Source: the human T2T-CHM13v2.0 reference genome, Homo sapiens
Length of the DNA stretch: 64,000 bases
Strand: one strand, 5' to 3'
NCBI RefSeq assembly: GCF_009914755.1
Contig: NC_060925.1
Under the pieces are notes generated by a model. It was not told where the DNA came from and made no database searches. It saw nothing but the letters and a program-made list of their open reading frames with translations. The translations under genes and the position numbers were made by a program. Positions 1-18,353 of the stretch are shown here, one piece after another; position 1 is the stretch's first letter; the number at the start of each line of letters is the position of its first letter.

Positions 1-260
1 CGCCCAGGCAGGAGTGCAGTGGGACGATCTTGGCTCACTGCAACCTCCACCTCCCAGGTTCCAGTGATTCTCCTGCCTTAGCCTCCTGAGTAGCTGGGAC
101 TACAGGCATGTGCCACCACACCCAGCTAATTTTTGTATTTTTTAGTAGACAAGGGTTTCACCATATTGGCCAGGCTGTCATCAAACTCCTGACATCATGA
201 TCTGTCTACCTCGGCCTCCCAAAGTGCTGGGATTAATGGAGTGAGCCACCGTGTCCAGCC
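1..260 (-). mobile_element. Alu (cut by window start)
   Basis: Antisense Alu consensus motifs. Confidence 0.9.
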
Positions 261-815
261 TATTTTCTTATTTTCTATTTTTTGGAGGAAATTGTGTAAA
301 ATTGGTATTACTTTTTTTCTAAACATTTAGTGGAATTCAATACTGAAACCATCTGGATCTAGAGTTGTATTTGTTGGAAGTTTTAAAACTATGGATTGAA
401 TTTATTTATTAGTTAGGGTCATTCAGATTATCTATTAATTTGCTCATCTTCTAGTCACTTAAGGTGGAAATGTAAATTACTAATTTGAGAACTTTCTTCT
501 TTTTTAAAATAAGCATTTTTATGCTATGAATGTTCCCCTAAGCATAGTTTTACCTGCATCTAACAAATTTTGATATATTGTATTTTCATTTTCATTTAGT
601 TCAAAAATTTTTTCTAATTTTCCTTGAGTCTTTTTCTCTCACCCATGAATTACTTAGAAGTATTGTTAATTTCCAAATATTTGTGGATTGTCCAGGTATA
701 TTTCTGTTACTGATTTCTAGTTTAAATTTATTAAGGCCAGATAACATACTTTATGGGATTCCTTTTCTATAAAATTTGCTCAGGTTTGTTTTGTAGCCCA
801 GAATGTGGTATATTA

Positions 816-1379
<564 letters not shown>

Positions 1380-1985
1380 TTAAGATTGCTACATCTTCTT
1401 GATGAATTGACTGTTCTACCATTAATTAATGTCCCTCTTTGTCCCTGGTAATACTCTTTGTTCTGAAGTTCCCTTTGTCTGATGTTAGTATGGCCATTTT
1501 TGCTTTTCAAACAGTTTGTATTTGTGTGGTATATCTTTTTCCATTCTTTTAACTAATATGTATAATTATATTTAAAATGTTTTTTTAATATAGCATATGG
1601 TTGGACTTGTGTTTTTATCTAACCTAACAATCTCTACCTTTTAGTTTGCGTATTTAAATCATTTATAATTAAAGTAATTAATAATATGTTTGGATTTAAG
1701 TCTACCATTTTATGATTTATTTTGTTTTTCCCCTTTGTTTTTTATTCCTGTGTTCCCCTTTCCTGCATTCTTTCAAATTGTTTGAATTTTTTTAAGCATT
1801 CTATTTTAACTTGTCTATTAGATTTTGATTCTTTGTACCAATTTTTAGTGGATTCCTGGGCATTTATATACCTAAAGTTTTATAGTCTACTTACATACCT
1901 AAATTTCCATAGTCTGCTTAGAGTTAGTATTTCACAATTTTGAGAAAATGTAGAAGCTTTCACTATACAGCTTCTTTTACCTTAC

Positions 1986-2266
1986 TTTTTTTTGAGACAG
2001 AGTCTTGTAGGCTGGAGCACAGTGGCACGATCTCGGTCACTGCAACTTCCGCCTCCTGGGTTCAAGCGATTCTCCTGCCTCAGCCTCCCAAGTAGCTGGG
2101 ATTACAGGCGCACGTCACCATACCCAGCTAATTTTTCTATTTTTAGTAGAGATGGGGTTTCACTATGTTGGCCATGCTGGTCTTGAACTCCTTGAACCTC
2201 AAGTGATCCGCCCGCCTCAGCCTCCCAAAGTGCTGGGATTACAGGTGTAAGCCACCTTGCCCGGCC
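1986..2266 (-). mobile_element. AluS
   Basis: Antisense Alu consensus. Confidence 0.9.
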
Positions 2267-2462
2267 TAATTTTTGCTTTCAATAGTCATACATATTTTTA
2301 AACTTAAGAGGAGAAGAACGGTCTGTTACATTTACTCATATATTTGCCATTCCTGTTGCTTTATCTTCATTGTTAAAATTTCAACTTTCACTCTGATACA
2401 ATTTCTTTTCTGCTTGAAGAACTTCATTAGCATTTAATTTAGAGCATGTCTTTGAGTGATAA

Positions 2463-2820
<358 letters not shown>

Positions 2821-2985
2821 AATAAATTTCTGTTTATTATAAATTACCCAGTCTATGAGATTTTGTGATAGCAGCACAATACAAACTGAGACAATGGCAA
2901 AGGGGCTTTTTCAGCTAAGAATCTTGAGAAAGGGAGATTATTGTGAATTACTCAAGTGGGCTCTTAATGTAATCACAATGTGTCT
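2821..2985 (+). mobile_element. MaLR (MLT1/MST-like) LTR fragments
   Basis: aataaatttctgtttattataaattacccagtc...tagcagc-type LTR end. Confidence 0.55.
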
Positions 2986-3452
2986 TGTGATTGATGTATC
3001 TTGTTCGAACTTCACTGCACTTCTTGAATCTGTAAATGTATGTCTCTCACCAAATTTGGGAAGTTTTAGGTCATTATTTCTTCAGATATTTTTTTCTGTA
3101 CAAGTCTCTTTTTCTTTTTATAAGATTTCAATGACATGAATATTCGACTTTTTAATGGTGTCCTATAAGTCCCTGAAGCTCTGTTAATTTTTTTCTAATT
3201 TCTTAGTTCTTCAGATTGGTATAATTTTTATTGATTCATCTGCAAGTTCATGAACCCTTCTCTCTGCAATCTCCATTTTCCTCTTGATCTCATCCAGTGA
3301 ATTTTTGTTTCAGATATTGTGTTTTTCAGTTCTAAAATTTCCATTTGGTTTTTTTAAAAAATAGCTTATTCCTCAGCTAAGAACATGAGAAAATCCGTCT
3401 TTCCACTTCTTTCTTTGTTTCTTTGCTTCTCTCTCTCTCTCTCTTTCTTTAG

Positions 3453-4108
<656 letters not shown>

Positions 4109-4830
4109 ATCTCTCAGAGTTTTAGCTGCCTGTGCTGCTACAGCTGCACAACTGGATCTGGCTTCAGGGTGATGAAATGAGAAAAAAGAGAGAGAGAGAA
4201 AAAAATAGCGCTTCCCCCACCCCTACACTCAGTGGGCCACAGTGCCCTGTGTTAGGTGCTTTTGTTGCTGCCCCAACTGCTTCCACTGTGCAGCTCTGCA
4301 TCTGGACTCACTCTCGGGACAGAGCTTGGGAGAGGAAAGAGACAAAGAAAGAAAGAAACAAAGATTCCACCCATACTTCTCCAACTCACAAGGACACATT
4401 TTCCCAGTCCTCTGGCCAGAGAGACAGAGTTTTACTAAGAGATTTTGTTGCCTGTGCCTGCTGCATAGTTCAGCACTCGGGTCACCTTCGGGTCAAAGCT
4501 GGAAGATAATAGAGAAAAAAGAATTCTGGGAAACTCACTCAAATGTTGTTTTTCCAGTGTTGGGAGGTAGTTGCTTTTTGTATTTGTCCAGTGTTTTTAG
4601 TTTTAACTGGTGCGAGAGCTGGGCTGGAGTGGACTTGCTCTGTCCTAGCAGATTGTGTAGACTCTCTTACTAGGGAAATTAGGATTGCTTGTTGTTAATT
4701 TCCTTTATCATGAGAAGGAAGTGTCTTTCTAGTCTATATCTGCTGAGTATTTTTTTTCCACTCATGTGGAATTGTTTAATAAAAGGTTGATATCATATAA
4801 TTAGAGTGTTTTCTTTTGGGTCGGGGGTGG

Positions 4831-5108
<278 letters not shown>

Positions 5109-7048
5109 GGACAAAGTTATAATCTGATAGGAAGAAAAAGTTCTGGCATAGTAGAGTGACTGTGGTCAACAGTAAGGTATCATATATTACAAAACAGCCA
5201 GAGGAGAGGCTTTTGAATGCTTTCAACACAAAGAAATGGTAAAATCTGCTGAGTTTTTTTGAAAAATAAAAATTAGGCTTTGAAATACCAAATGCCCTTA
5301 CAACATCTAATGACATATTTATACAAATGTATACAGGTTTCTTTCTTTAACCTTTTAATTTCCAAGTGGTTAGATATTTTGATCATCTTTTTCTAGTTTT
5401 ATTGGATGATAACTGGAAAACATGATCTAAATGTCTTCTCCTTTTGAGAATGTGTTGAGGGGTTCTTTTGTGTGTATAGACCAGGAAGATTAATGTTATC
5501 AATTTTACTATATGTTTAATGGCTATTTGAAATAAATTTATATTCTCTACTGCATGCAAAGTCATCTATTAGACCAGGCTTGTTTATTTATTTATTTTCC
5601 TTTTTTGTATATTTTTAAAGTACAGATGGGTCTCACCATGTCACCCAGGCTGGTCTTGAGCTCCTGGGCTCAAGCAATCCTCCCTCCTCGGCCTCCCAAA
5701 GTGCTGGGATTGCAGGTGTGAGCCACCTCACTCAGCCAGACCAAGCTTATTTAATTGTTTTATAATATCTCATTGTACAATAACTACAAACTTATTTTAC
5801 CCATTTTTTTAATGACTATTTGTTGTTTCCAGCTTCTTGCTATTATTAACAGTGCTGTTATGCTCATTCTTACTCTAATATTGTGTTTGATTTATAGGCA
5901 TATTTACCATTTTATTTGCTCACCATCCCTTGCACCTCAAACTTTCCTTAGGAAATTATTTTTCTTTTCCCTAAATGGGAAAGAGAAAACAATACCTCTA
6001 AAGGTATTATTTAGGAGTTTATCCTCTAGCGAGGCTCTATTGATCAAACCATCTATTTTTGTTTATCTACAAATAAAGCAAATCTGCATTAAATGATAGA
6101 TTTGCTGGGAACTTGTGGGTTGATGTTTATTTTTGTTCCACACTTGGAAGGTTTATCCCACTGTCTTCTGCTCTCCACTGTTTCTGTGGAGAAGTTGGCT
6201 GTCAGTCTCATTGCCATTCTTTCACTGACGACTCATTTTTTCTCTCTTGTTTTTGTCCCCAGAGCATGCGTGTATTGTTTGCCAGCTGTGAAAGTCTGTC
6301 TTCACCTTTTATCTCACCTTCATTTCCTCAATGCTTTCTCCTCCTGTTTCAAAAAGGCCATGACTTCTTGAGGACATTAAGCACATTTTCTTAAAATTTT
6401 ATGTTATTTGTAGCAAATGCTTTTCAGATATGTACTTTTCTTCTGAGTGTGATTTTTCCAGGTAAAAATGAGAGGGGAGACATGGTAGGCAAAGGGAAAG
6501 GCATGTGCCCAATGATAGAGGAGAGAGAGCTTGTGTATGGGGTGAGGCTGGGGGTGCTGTGCGGGGCTGGTGATCAGACCTGGCCTGAAGAGGGGTGTGG
6601 TCATGCTGGGTATTAAGGATGACAGGGGAAAGCCTGGAAGACAGATGCAGTGGTCTGAGGGTGGGTGGGTAGTGAAAGCTTGGACAGGCCAGAGAGAAGG
6701 GACCCACAGGGAGGCTCTTCTCACTGATCTGACACATTCAAGTGTGGTCAACAAGCTTTGGCCTCAGATATTTTCTCAAACCAGGTTCATAGACCAAGTG
6801 AACATTTCCAGATTTGTGTGAGATGACAGAGAACAGGGAGGTCTGGAGGTGATGGCAAGATGAAAGAAATAGAAGGAAAAAGAGAGAGGGGATAATGAAG
6901 AGAGAGACAAGAAAGGAGGAAGAAACCAGGGGAGCTAGGGGCCTGGGCAAAGGAGCCTGGAGTCGCCTCCCCTGGAAGCACTGTGGAGCCTGTGGAGAGT
7001 GGGTTACCTGGAGTGGGTAACTGTGTCCGTGGGTTTCTGACTCTGCAG

Positions 7049-7193
7049 GGGGGTTTGCAAACCCTGGGAAATCCTGGCATCCTTCCCCAAAGGCTACGAA
7101 ATGATCGTGGACTACCTGCTTCAGAGGCTGATTCCACACTGGAGGCCAAAGGACCAGGAGCCCAGCCACAGAACAGAGATCTCACCATTGATT
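7049..7193 (+). pseudogene. MROH3P: MROH3P exon
   Basis: ctgcag|...|gtatgg; GVCKPWEILASFPKGYEMIVDYLLQRLIPHWRPKDQEPSHRTEISPLI. Confidence 0.75.
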
Positions 7194-7653
7194 GTATGGA
7201 AAGGCCAGAAGAGGGGGGCCGGGGTGGGGAAGGGGACTCCCTGCTGTCCTGTTCTCGGCTGCCTTGGGCTCTTTGGCCTTGACCTTTTAGGTATCGGTGT
7301 TTGGTAGAACAGTATAATGGCAGTCTTGGAGTTGGGTTGCAGGGAGGGTTTTCCAGTTAACTTTGCTTTGTCAGGGAGATAGAAGAACTGGATTTCCCAG
7401 CTGCTCTTTAACTCTCAAAGATGGTAAGAGACTAAAACAACCACCATGATTAGAAGAGCGCTTTAAAACAATGACATTCTAGAAATTGCCCTTTATTTGT
7501 CTGGCTCACACTAACTTAGTCTTCACTTGCTCTAGCAGCACGGGTTTTACTGGGCAAGTCTGTCATGGTGATGGGTTGTGGAAAGAGATTTCCTGGTGAC
7601 AGGACCTATGAGTCGAAGATACGATAATGCTTCACTCTCCTCCTCCCTCCAAG

Positions 7654-7829
7654 GCCACCAGGGCCATCCATGAGCTCCTGCTGGAACCCAGTCGGCAGAT
7701 GGAGGTGCAGTCCTTCTTCTCCTCCTTGTTCATGGCCCTGCTGTTCCAGATCTCCTTTTTGGTGGTTGAAGGGGACGCTGAAACAAGCCGGGATCAGCAA
7801 CACATAGCTGAATGGATGGACCCCATAAG
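7654..7829 (+). pseudogene. MROH3P: MROH3P exon
   Basis: ATRAIHELLLEPSRQMEVQSFFSSLFMALLFQISFLVVEG...WMDPI; ccaag|, |gtact. Confidence 0.85.
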
Positions 7830-8480
7830 GTACTTTGGTGTTTGCTAGTGATTATGCTCCAGGGACCATCAGCTTAGCACCTTTGCCTGACTTGGTGTCA
7901 GCCTACTGAGCCTGAATACCCTCTGTACACCCTCCTGCCAGGGCATTTAACATGTTCCCCATGCATCATTTCAAGAAGTGTCCCTGGGCTTAAAAAAATT
8001 ATATTTTATTATTTTATTTATTTAGAGACAGGGTCTTGCTATTTTGCCCAAGCTGGTCTTGAACTCCTGGCCTCAAGCCATCCTCTTCTCTCAGCCTGCT
8101 GTGTTGCTGGGATTACTGGTGCGAGTCCAGCTGTCTGGACTTTTTAGAAAAGACTCCTTCTTTAAACCTGGCCTACTAGGCTGATGCAGAGATTCTGCAC
8201 CAAAATGAGATCAATACTGTGGATAAAACACACATCTGGGTCCACAGACCTGGATTGCATTCCTACCCTTCTGCTGGCTCGCTGTGTCACCTTGCAGATG
8301 CCACATCTCTCTTGGCCTCAGTTGCTTCACTTGTAAAATATTAGCCTGGGTCTCTGGAGGCTGTCCCACCACCAGCAGTTCATGATCCTGAGAAAGCTTT
8401 GGGAGTCGGGCAGGTGGCCAGTGAGGGAGAGGAGCGCAGATGGTGAATGACTTCGTATCTGTTTTCGGCCCTTTCTCCAG

Positions 8481-8618
8481 TTCTACCATGGAGGCCCTGA
8501 AGACCTTGATTCAAAGTTCTGGATATGGGGACTGTGTGTCTTCTATTCAGAGACATGGGGTCTGGGGGCTGCTTGTCAATCCTGAAAGACACTATGGCGG
8601 AGTCACTCTGCCGGCCAG
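8481..8618 (+). pseudogene. MROH3P: MROH3P exon
   Basis: STMEALKTLIQSSGYGDCVSSIQRHGVWGLLVNPERHYGGVTLPA; ctccag|, |gtgag. Confidence 0.85.
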
Positions 8619-8715
8619 GTGAGCTGCACCTGGGTCCATGGCTGGAGGGCTGTCCATTCACTTGGCCCTCTCCTGCGGCCCAGGCCTCACCTGAACACTG
8701 TGCTCTTGTTGATAG

Positions 8716-8831
8716 GTCCGTTGTCATCAATAACTGTTGGCACAACCGCCCCCTCTTCAGCTCCATCATCAGGTTCCTCCAGGACCCAGACCTGCAAGAA
8801 TCACTTAACGGCCCTTGTGTTCCTGACAGAG
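8716..8831 (+). pseudogene. MROH3P: MROH3P exon carrying a +1 frameshift
   Basis: SVVINNCWHNRPLFSSIIRFLQDPD, then a frame switch to CKNHLTALVFLTE; 116 nt where the phases need 115. Confidence 0.8.
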
Positions 8832-9384
8832 GTGACTGGCTCTTGGCGGGAGGGGGCAGGTGAGGGTGATCCCTCTGTGAGACAGCCACGTCCAACAGAC
8901 ACCTCCTGGGAAGGCCACTGATTCACTGCTAGGAAGGGTTGGGGGACATGGCTAATGGCACTTGATTTGGTTACCTTGAGCCGGGGGCTTTGGTGCCTCC
9001 TTGAATCTCATGGCAGTTTGACTCTGCCCTGACTTTACAGAAGAACACAGCTCTCTCCTTCAACCACCTCAGCCTTGAGCAGCCTTTTAAAATTAATCCT
9101 TGCTTAGCGTCCCTGATTGACTCAATATAATTCAGCCACCTGACAGAAAAAAAATAGGAAATTTAGAAAATATGGAAAAGTATATCAAAAATTATAAAGC
9201 CATCACTAAGCATAATCCCCAGAGGAAACCATATTCATTCAGGTTTTTGCCTGTATACAGGTGTGTGTGTGTGCGTGTGTGCTAGTTGAAATCATTTTCT
9301 ACTAATATTCTGTATCCTGCTCTATTCAAATATCTGTATATGTCATTACATGTTCTTTGTAACATACATTTTTAAATTTTGTTT

Positions 9385-9741
<357 letters not shown>

Positions 9742-10339
9742 TAATTTATTCGACATTCTGTTTCCAATTTTACACAATTATAAATAACAGTTTAATGAAC
9801 ATCTCTGCGAAAGTTTTTGCCCATATTACAGATTATTTCCTTAACTATTGAATATAATAAGTGGAACTATTGGTTCAAAAAATATGAATGTCTTCTATAA
9901 CTTTTAACAATAATGCCAAATTGCTTTCCAGTAGAGCTGTACCAATTTAGACTTCCACCAACAGTGTTTGGGAGAATTTCAGAGTTTCTGACCCACTACA
10001 GCTTTAAATGGGATCCTTTTAAAATTCAAGCCACCTGATTTTTTTTTTTAACAGAGGCTGGACTACTTTTGAACATAACCACAGAGATAGAAGATAATGC
10101 ATTACTAATACTAGGATGTACACTGATGTTATCCCAGTGTGTCATCGTGTGCCCTTATGTGGATTACAGGACACTGGTGTCTTGTTGGAAGGTGTCCACT
10201 GCTAGAGGCTGATCTGTACATGTTGGTATGGGGTGCTGAGATACACATTCAAGGATATATGTCATGTTGGCAGAACTTTTGCTCAGGGTATGGGAATGAG
10301 ACATGTAGGATTCAGAACCCTGACTGGAAGGGGATGGCT

Positions 10340-11410
<1,071 letters not shown>

Positions 11411-12240
11411 AGTTCCCCCAAGTGTCTGATACCCAGCTGAAACAAGGGGACACACGATAGAGCGTTTGCTCATCTGCCACTCTGATTGGGGTTTCGGGCT
11501 GATAACGGGGAGGGGAGGTCAGCATGCTTGGGAAGAGGCTGGAAGGAGCACCCCAGTAGCGAGATGGGTGAACCCCATTCTTAGCAATCAGAGAGAGAAG
11601 CAGTAGATTCTAAAGTGGAAAGCCAATGGGGTTTTAGGTACCAGCTAAGTAAGTAAGTCAAGATCTGTTAAGTGAGAGACCATGGCTAAGAAAGCTTTCT
11701 AATATTTCACAGCCTTTGTCACTCCCTGTTTGTTGCTTCATTATCTTTATTCATTTCCTTGAGATGATCACAAGTAGAAACGTTTAAAACAGAAAAGGTC
11801 GTATGCTTTTCTTCAGTGTACTCAAGAAACAGCAGAGCTCTGTTATTTTAATTCTCTCTAATTCTGTGAAAAGGGTGTTATTTACCTCTATTTTGTAGAG
11901 CACGAAAGTGAGGCTCAGAGAATTTAAGAAGTTACTTACTCAACTAGAGGGTAAATTAGGGTGGTGGATCTGCCTGACTGCCAATCAAAGACAGATGAAA
12001 ACTGCTGAGATGTTAATGAAGACTTCTTTGCCAAATGTACATTCATATGTGCATGCATACATGCACACTAAAGCAAGTACATATATTTTAAATGTATCTG
12101 ATTGAATTTTGCCTTTTTAAATGTTATTTTATTATTTAAAAGATATTTTCTATATCACAAGTCATCAAGCAATAAATGTTATTTAAAATAATCTATATAC
12201 ACATATAATACGAATAAGTAAATTAAACCATGCAAACTGA

Positions 12241-12796
<556 letters not shown>

Positions 12797-13102
12797 CAAA
12801 CTGAGTTTTGAAGTGCAGTCTTTTTTTTTCTCTTCTACTTTTGCCTTCTCCCCTCCTACCACATTACGTCTACACCTCCACCTCTTCATCTCCCAAGTAT
12901 CTCAGATGCAAGCAACCAAGTACGTACCCTTCTGCATGCTCAAATAATCACACACACATAATAGATGTTGACAGATTGTTTTCCAAAGAAGCACTAACAA
13001 TTCACATTTATCTCAGGGAAGTGTGAGAGAACGGTGTCTCTATCTCTTCCAACAACAAAGCTTAACTCTTTTTAGATGTTTGTCCTCCTGGCAGGTATAA
13101 AG

Positions 13103-13325
13103 CAGGGGTGTCCAATCTTTTGGCTTCCCTGGGCCATATTGGAAGAAGAATTGTCTTGGGCCACACATAAAATACACTAACACTAATGGTAGGTGATGAG
13201 CTAAAAAAAAAAAAAATCGCGAAAACCTCATAATGTTTTAAGAAAGTTTACAAATTTGTGTTGGGCCACATTCAAAGCTGTCCAGGGCTGCGTGGGGCCT
13301 GTGGGCCGTGCGTTGGACAGACTTG
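13103..13325 (+). mobile_element. MER30 (hAT-Charlie MITE) with 8-bp TSD
   Basis: Begins caggggtgtccaatcttttggcttccctgggcca; flanked by gtataaag / gtgtaaag. Confidence 0.85.
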
Positions 13326-13709
13326 GTGTAAAGCAGTATCTCATTGCTGCTCTGGTTTGCATATCCCTGGCTTCTACTGATTTTGAACATTCCGCATATA
13401 ATTCTGTGATTTGGATTCGCCTTTCTGTGAATTCCTTCCCATGTCCTTTGCCCATTGTCCTATTGAATTGTTTGGCTTTTTCTTGTCTACAAGACTAATT
13501 TAACTTCTGATTTTCCATTTGCATGACTACATGTGTTTTTCCATTGCAATGTTTTCCATCACGTGCATGCTAGTCTATTTTTAAACAGAGTGCATGCCAG
13601 GCTGGTTTATCCAGGTGAATGTACTGATATGTGTAAGTCTGAGCCAGCCTACCTGTGCAGACTCAAGGTGTCCATCTGGCATGTTCATTCCAAAGCATGT
13701 GCACTTAGA

Positions 13710-13880
13710 GCAGGAGTTCTCAACCCTGGATGCATATTCATATCTCCAGGAGAACTTACACTAATACTTGGGTGCCAACTCAGTACAATTAACTCAGAAT
13801 CTTGGGGGTGACGTGGGGTCCAAGAATCAGCATTTTTAATAGCTTTGCAAGTGACACTAACATGCAGCCAAGGCTGACTG
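13710..13880. mobile_element. MER5-type remnant
   Basis: ttctcaaccctggatgcatatt...aatcagcatttttaa...gcagccaagg. Confidence 0.55.
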
Positions 13881-13943
13881 CCTAGGAGTCAGCATCGCTT
13901 TTCGATATCACCCAGCAGAGCCTGGAGTCCCCAGTGCTGTTGA

Positions 13944-14331
<388 letters not shown>

Positions 14332-14844
14332 TTAAAAAAGTTACTATTCTAGGGGACTGTCTTTGACTTTTCTCTTTTGCTTTTTCAGCACGTCAGTAAA
14401 TCTGACTAATACGTGCTTTGCAGTGTTCTTCAGGGTCATCCTTTCTCCATTCCCACTACCCTGGCCTAGTCCAGACCCTTATTACCTGTGCTTGAAGCAA
14501 TTATTTTAACTTTTTTTTAGAGACAGGGAGTCTCGCTATGTTGCCCAGGCTGGTCCCCAACTCCTGGCTTTAAGTGATTGTCCTGCCTCAACCTCCAGAG
14601 TAGTTGGGATTACAGGTGTGAGCCGCCACAGTTGACTAGAGCAACTCCAAAAGATAACATGCTGATCTCTCTCCTCCTAGGACCTTCTGTCAACCCAACA
14701 CATTTCCCACGCCCAACATTTCTTGCCAATGGGATCCTCCTCTGGAGTCGGGCCAGCACCCAGTTGCCCTTCCCTCAACTACATTACGCTTAGCTTATCC
14801 CTACATTTCGCCCTTGTTTTGCTATACCCACCTTTTCCTGTTAA

Positions 14845-15304
<460 letters not shown>

Positions 15305-15460
15305 TTAATTTGTGTAGTATTGTTATTGCCTTGAAATGTTCACTAGGTCGTTCATGTACCTAAGTCTTGACTCTCCAGCTGAATTGCTAGGATCTTTGAG
15401 GGCAGAGTGCATTTCTTACTTTTATCTCCTGCAGTTTCCCTTATCAAAAATGCTTAATGC

Positions 15461-16064
<604 letters not shown>

Positions 16065-16258
16065 TTAAGGAAAACTTGGAGAATGAATAAATGACTTCTG
16101 GGATGACAGGTGCAAATTCATCCTTAAAGCTTTGGCCTCTCTACCAATTCTAAACCCTTAAGAACATTTCCCTACTAGTGAGTAGGAACCTAGTCCAAAG
16201 TCATTGAGGATTTTTTTTTCTCCTTGCCCACCTGTCTTTCTTGGTCTCCCTTCCCCAG

Positions 16259-16399
16259 CTGCTTCAGTGCCCAGATGTGGCAGCCTTAGTGGATGACTTC
16301 ACCACCTGCATTCTGGCAAACTGGTTCAAGAGTGAGGAGCCAGCCACAGTGAAGCCATTGCTGCAGATGCTAGAGGTCTTTGCGAAGCATGAAAACATG
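16259..16399 (+). pseudogene. MROH3P: MROH3P exon
   Basis: LLQCPDVAALVDDFTTCILANWFKSEEPATVKPLLQMLEVFAKHENM; long pyrimidine tract, |gtaaa. Confidence 0.82.
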
Positions 16400-16982
16400 G
16401 TAAAATGGGGCAGGGGCTAAGGGTGTGCGCTCAGGAGATGTAACCAGGAGAAGGAACATCTGGTGTGTCCAGTTATAGATAGGGTGGGACACACTCTTGG
16501 GATCAAAGAGAGCAAATCCTCATGAGGCCAGTACAGCACAGACAGGAGTTGGGGCTTGAGCCATTCATGATTTCTCCCTCCCAGGAAAGGTCTCCTGAGG
16601 AAGTTTTTTCATGGGTCATTTCAGAGAATAGACCAAGCTAACCCCAGGATCTCACACGTCATCCAGGTCCCTTGGAGATTGCTGTCATCATCAGGGATGA
16701 GAAGCGCAGTGGCGATGGAAACTTACAGTGTAGTGGGAGGAGGGGGCCTCCTCTGTTTTCTCCCCTTCCCTCATGATGGACACAAGGTACCTCCCCAAAT
16801 GCCCTCCTGGGCAGCTCACTCCGATGGCCACCCAGATGCTGGGCCAGTCCCAGCTCTGGAATGAAAAAGCAGTAGAGTGTGGCTCTCAATTGTGGGGCTG
16901 AATTGACTTGAAATGAGAATTCCTTGGCTTGGCAGGAGTTATTTCCCCAGCTCCCCATTCCCTGAGCCACTGTCTCCCGCAG

Positions 16983-17159
16983 GTGAGGCGGCTCCGAATC
17001 CTCCAGCCCTATGTGCTGAACTGCTGCTACTCCTCGAACAGCGACATCGTACTGGAGACTTTGCTGGTGCTGAAGAATCTCCTGAGCCACCTCACCTGGC
17101 AGCACTCCTCCTCCTTCCTGACCCAGCTCACCTTCACGCTGGTGCCCTTCTTTGAGGAG
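16983..17159 (+). pseudogene. MROH3P: MROH3P exon
   Basis: VRRLRILQPYVLNCCYSSNSDIVLETLLVLKNLL...LVPFFEE; 177 nt. Confidence 0.87.
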
Positions 17160-17216
17160 GTGAAGGCCTCTCTGGGGTCATTTTCTTTCTCTAGGCATCT
17201 GTAAAATAAGGGAGTT

Positions 17217-17531
17217 GGCCGCGTGTGGTGGCTCACACCTGTAATCCCAGCACATTGGGAGGCCGAGGCAGTGGATCACATGAGGCCAGGAGTTCAAGAT
17301 CAACCTGGGCAACATAGTGAGGCCTCATTCTAACAACAACAACAAAACAACAACAACAACAAATTAGCTGAGTCCGGTGGTATGCGCTTGTGGCCCCAGC
17401 TATTTGGGAGGCTGAGGCAGGAGGATTGCTTGAGCCCAGGAGGTCAAGGCTGCAGTGAGCTGTGATCGTGCCATGCACTCCAGCCTGGGCGACAGAGCGA
17501 GATCCTGTCTCAAACAAAACAAAAAACAAAA
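17217..17531 (+). mobile_element. AluJ
   Basis: Full length with (AAC)n linker. Confidence 0.88.
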
Positions 17532-17788
17532 CCCCTCACAGAGTTGGCAGAATGATTCAAGGTCGTTCACCTTGAATACGATACTGTTCTGTAGGGACTT
17601 GATTGCTCCTGCCCTCCTTGTATCTTTCTGAAGGGGTGAGATGGAGCAAGAGAACAGAGCACAGCAGGCGGGGGTCAGAGCAGGTCATTTGAGGGAGCGA
17701 ATGGACACAGGAGTGTGGGGTTGGCGGGGGTGGAGCTCAGGGACGTGATGGCTTCTGCTTCCCCACGCATGCGTGTCTTCTCTCCCAG

Positions 17789-17947
17789 GTGTCAGAGCAT
17801 CTGCGGTTGGCAGCCTTTGAGATCTATGGGAGTCTCTTGACCAAGGTCAAGAAGAGGGGCCTTGTCTTCCCCTTGAAACACCAGATCCTCAACTTGCTAG
17901 TCCCCCTGGTGCTCCACCTGAGGGACGTGAATACCGATGTGTCTCTG
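17789..17947 (+). pseudogene. MROH3P: MROH3P exon
   Basis: VSEHLRLAAFEIYGSLL...LLVPLVLHLRDVNTDVSL; 159 nt. Confidence 0.87.
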
Positions 17948-18116
17948 GTGAGAGGCCAGGCCTTGGAGCCTGGCCTTCAGTCCCCGTTTTCATGGGAGGT
18001 AAATGCTAAACATGTTGAGTGCTTAGGCAGGGCTGTGGCAGTACTGGATGGTGCTGAAGGAGTCAACTAGTCTCTGACCTTGCAGAGTTTTAGTGAGAGA
18101 CTAGAGATGAACAGAC

Positions 18117-18353
18117 GCTTGCACTAAAGTTTTTTTTTTTTTTTTTATACTTTAAGTTTTGGGGTACATGTGCACAACATGCAGGTTTGTTACATACGTA
18201 TACATGTGCCATGTTGGTGTGCTGCACCCATTAACTCGTCGTTTAACATTAGGTATATCTCCTAATGCTATCCCTCCCCGCTCCCCCCACCCCACAACAG
18301 GCCCCGGTGTGTGATGTTCCCCTTCCTGTGTCCATGGCTTGCACTAAAGTTTT
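18117..18353 (-). mobile_element. 5'-truncated L1PA (roughly PA3-PA5) 3' end with 17-bp TSD
   Basis: polyT plus L1 3'UTR (ttaactcgtc...aggtatatctcctaatgctatccctcccc); TSD gcttgcactaaagtttt at 18117 and 18337. Confidence 0.92.
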
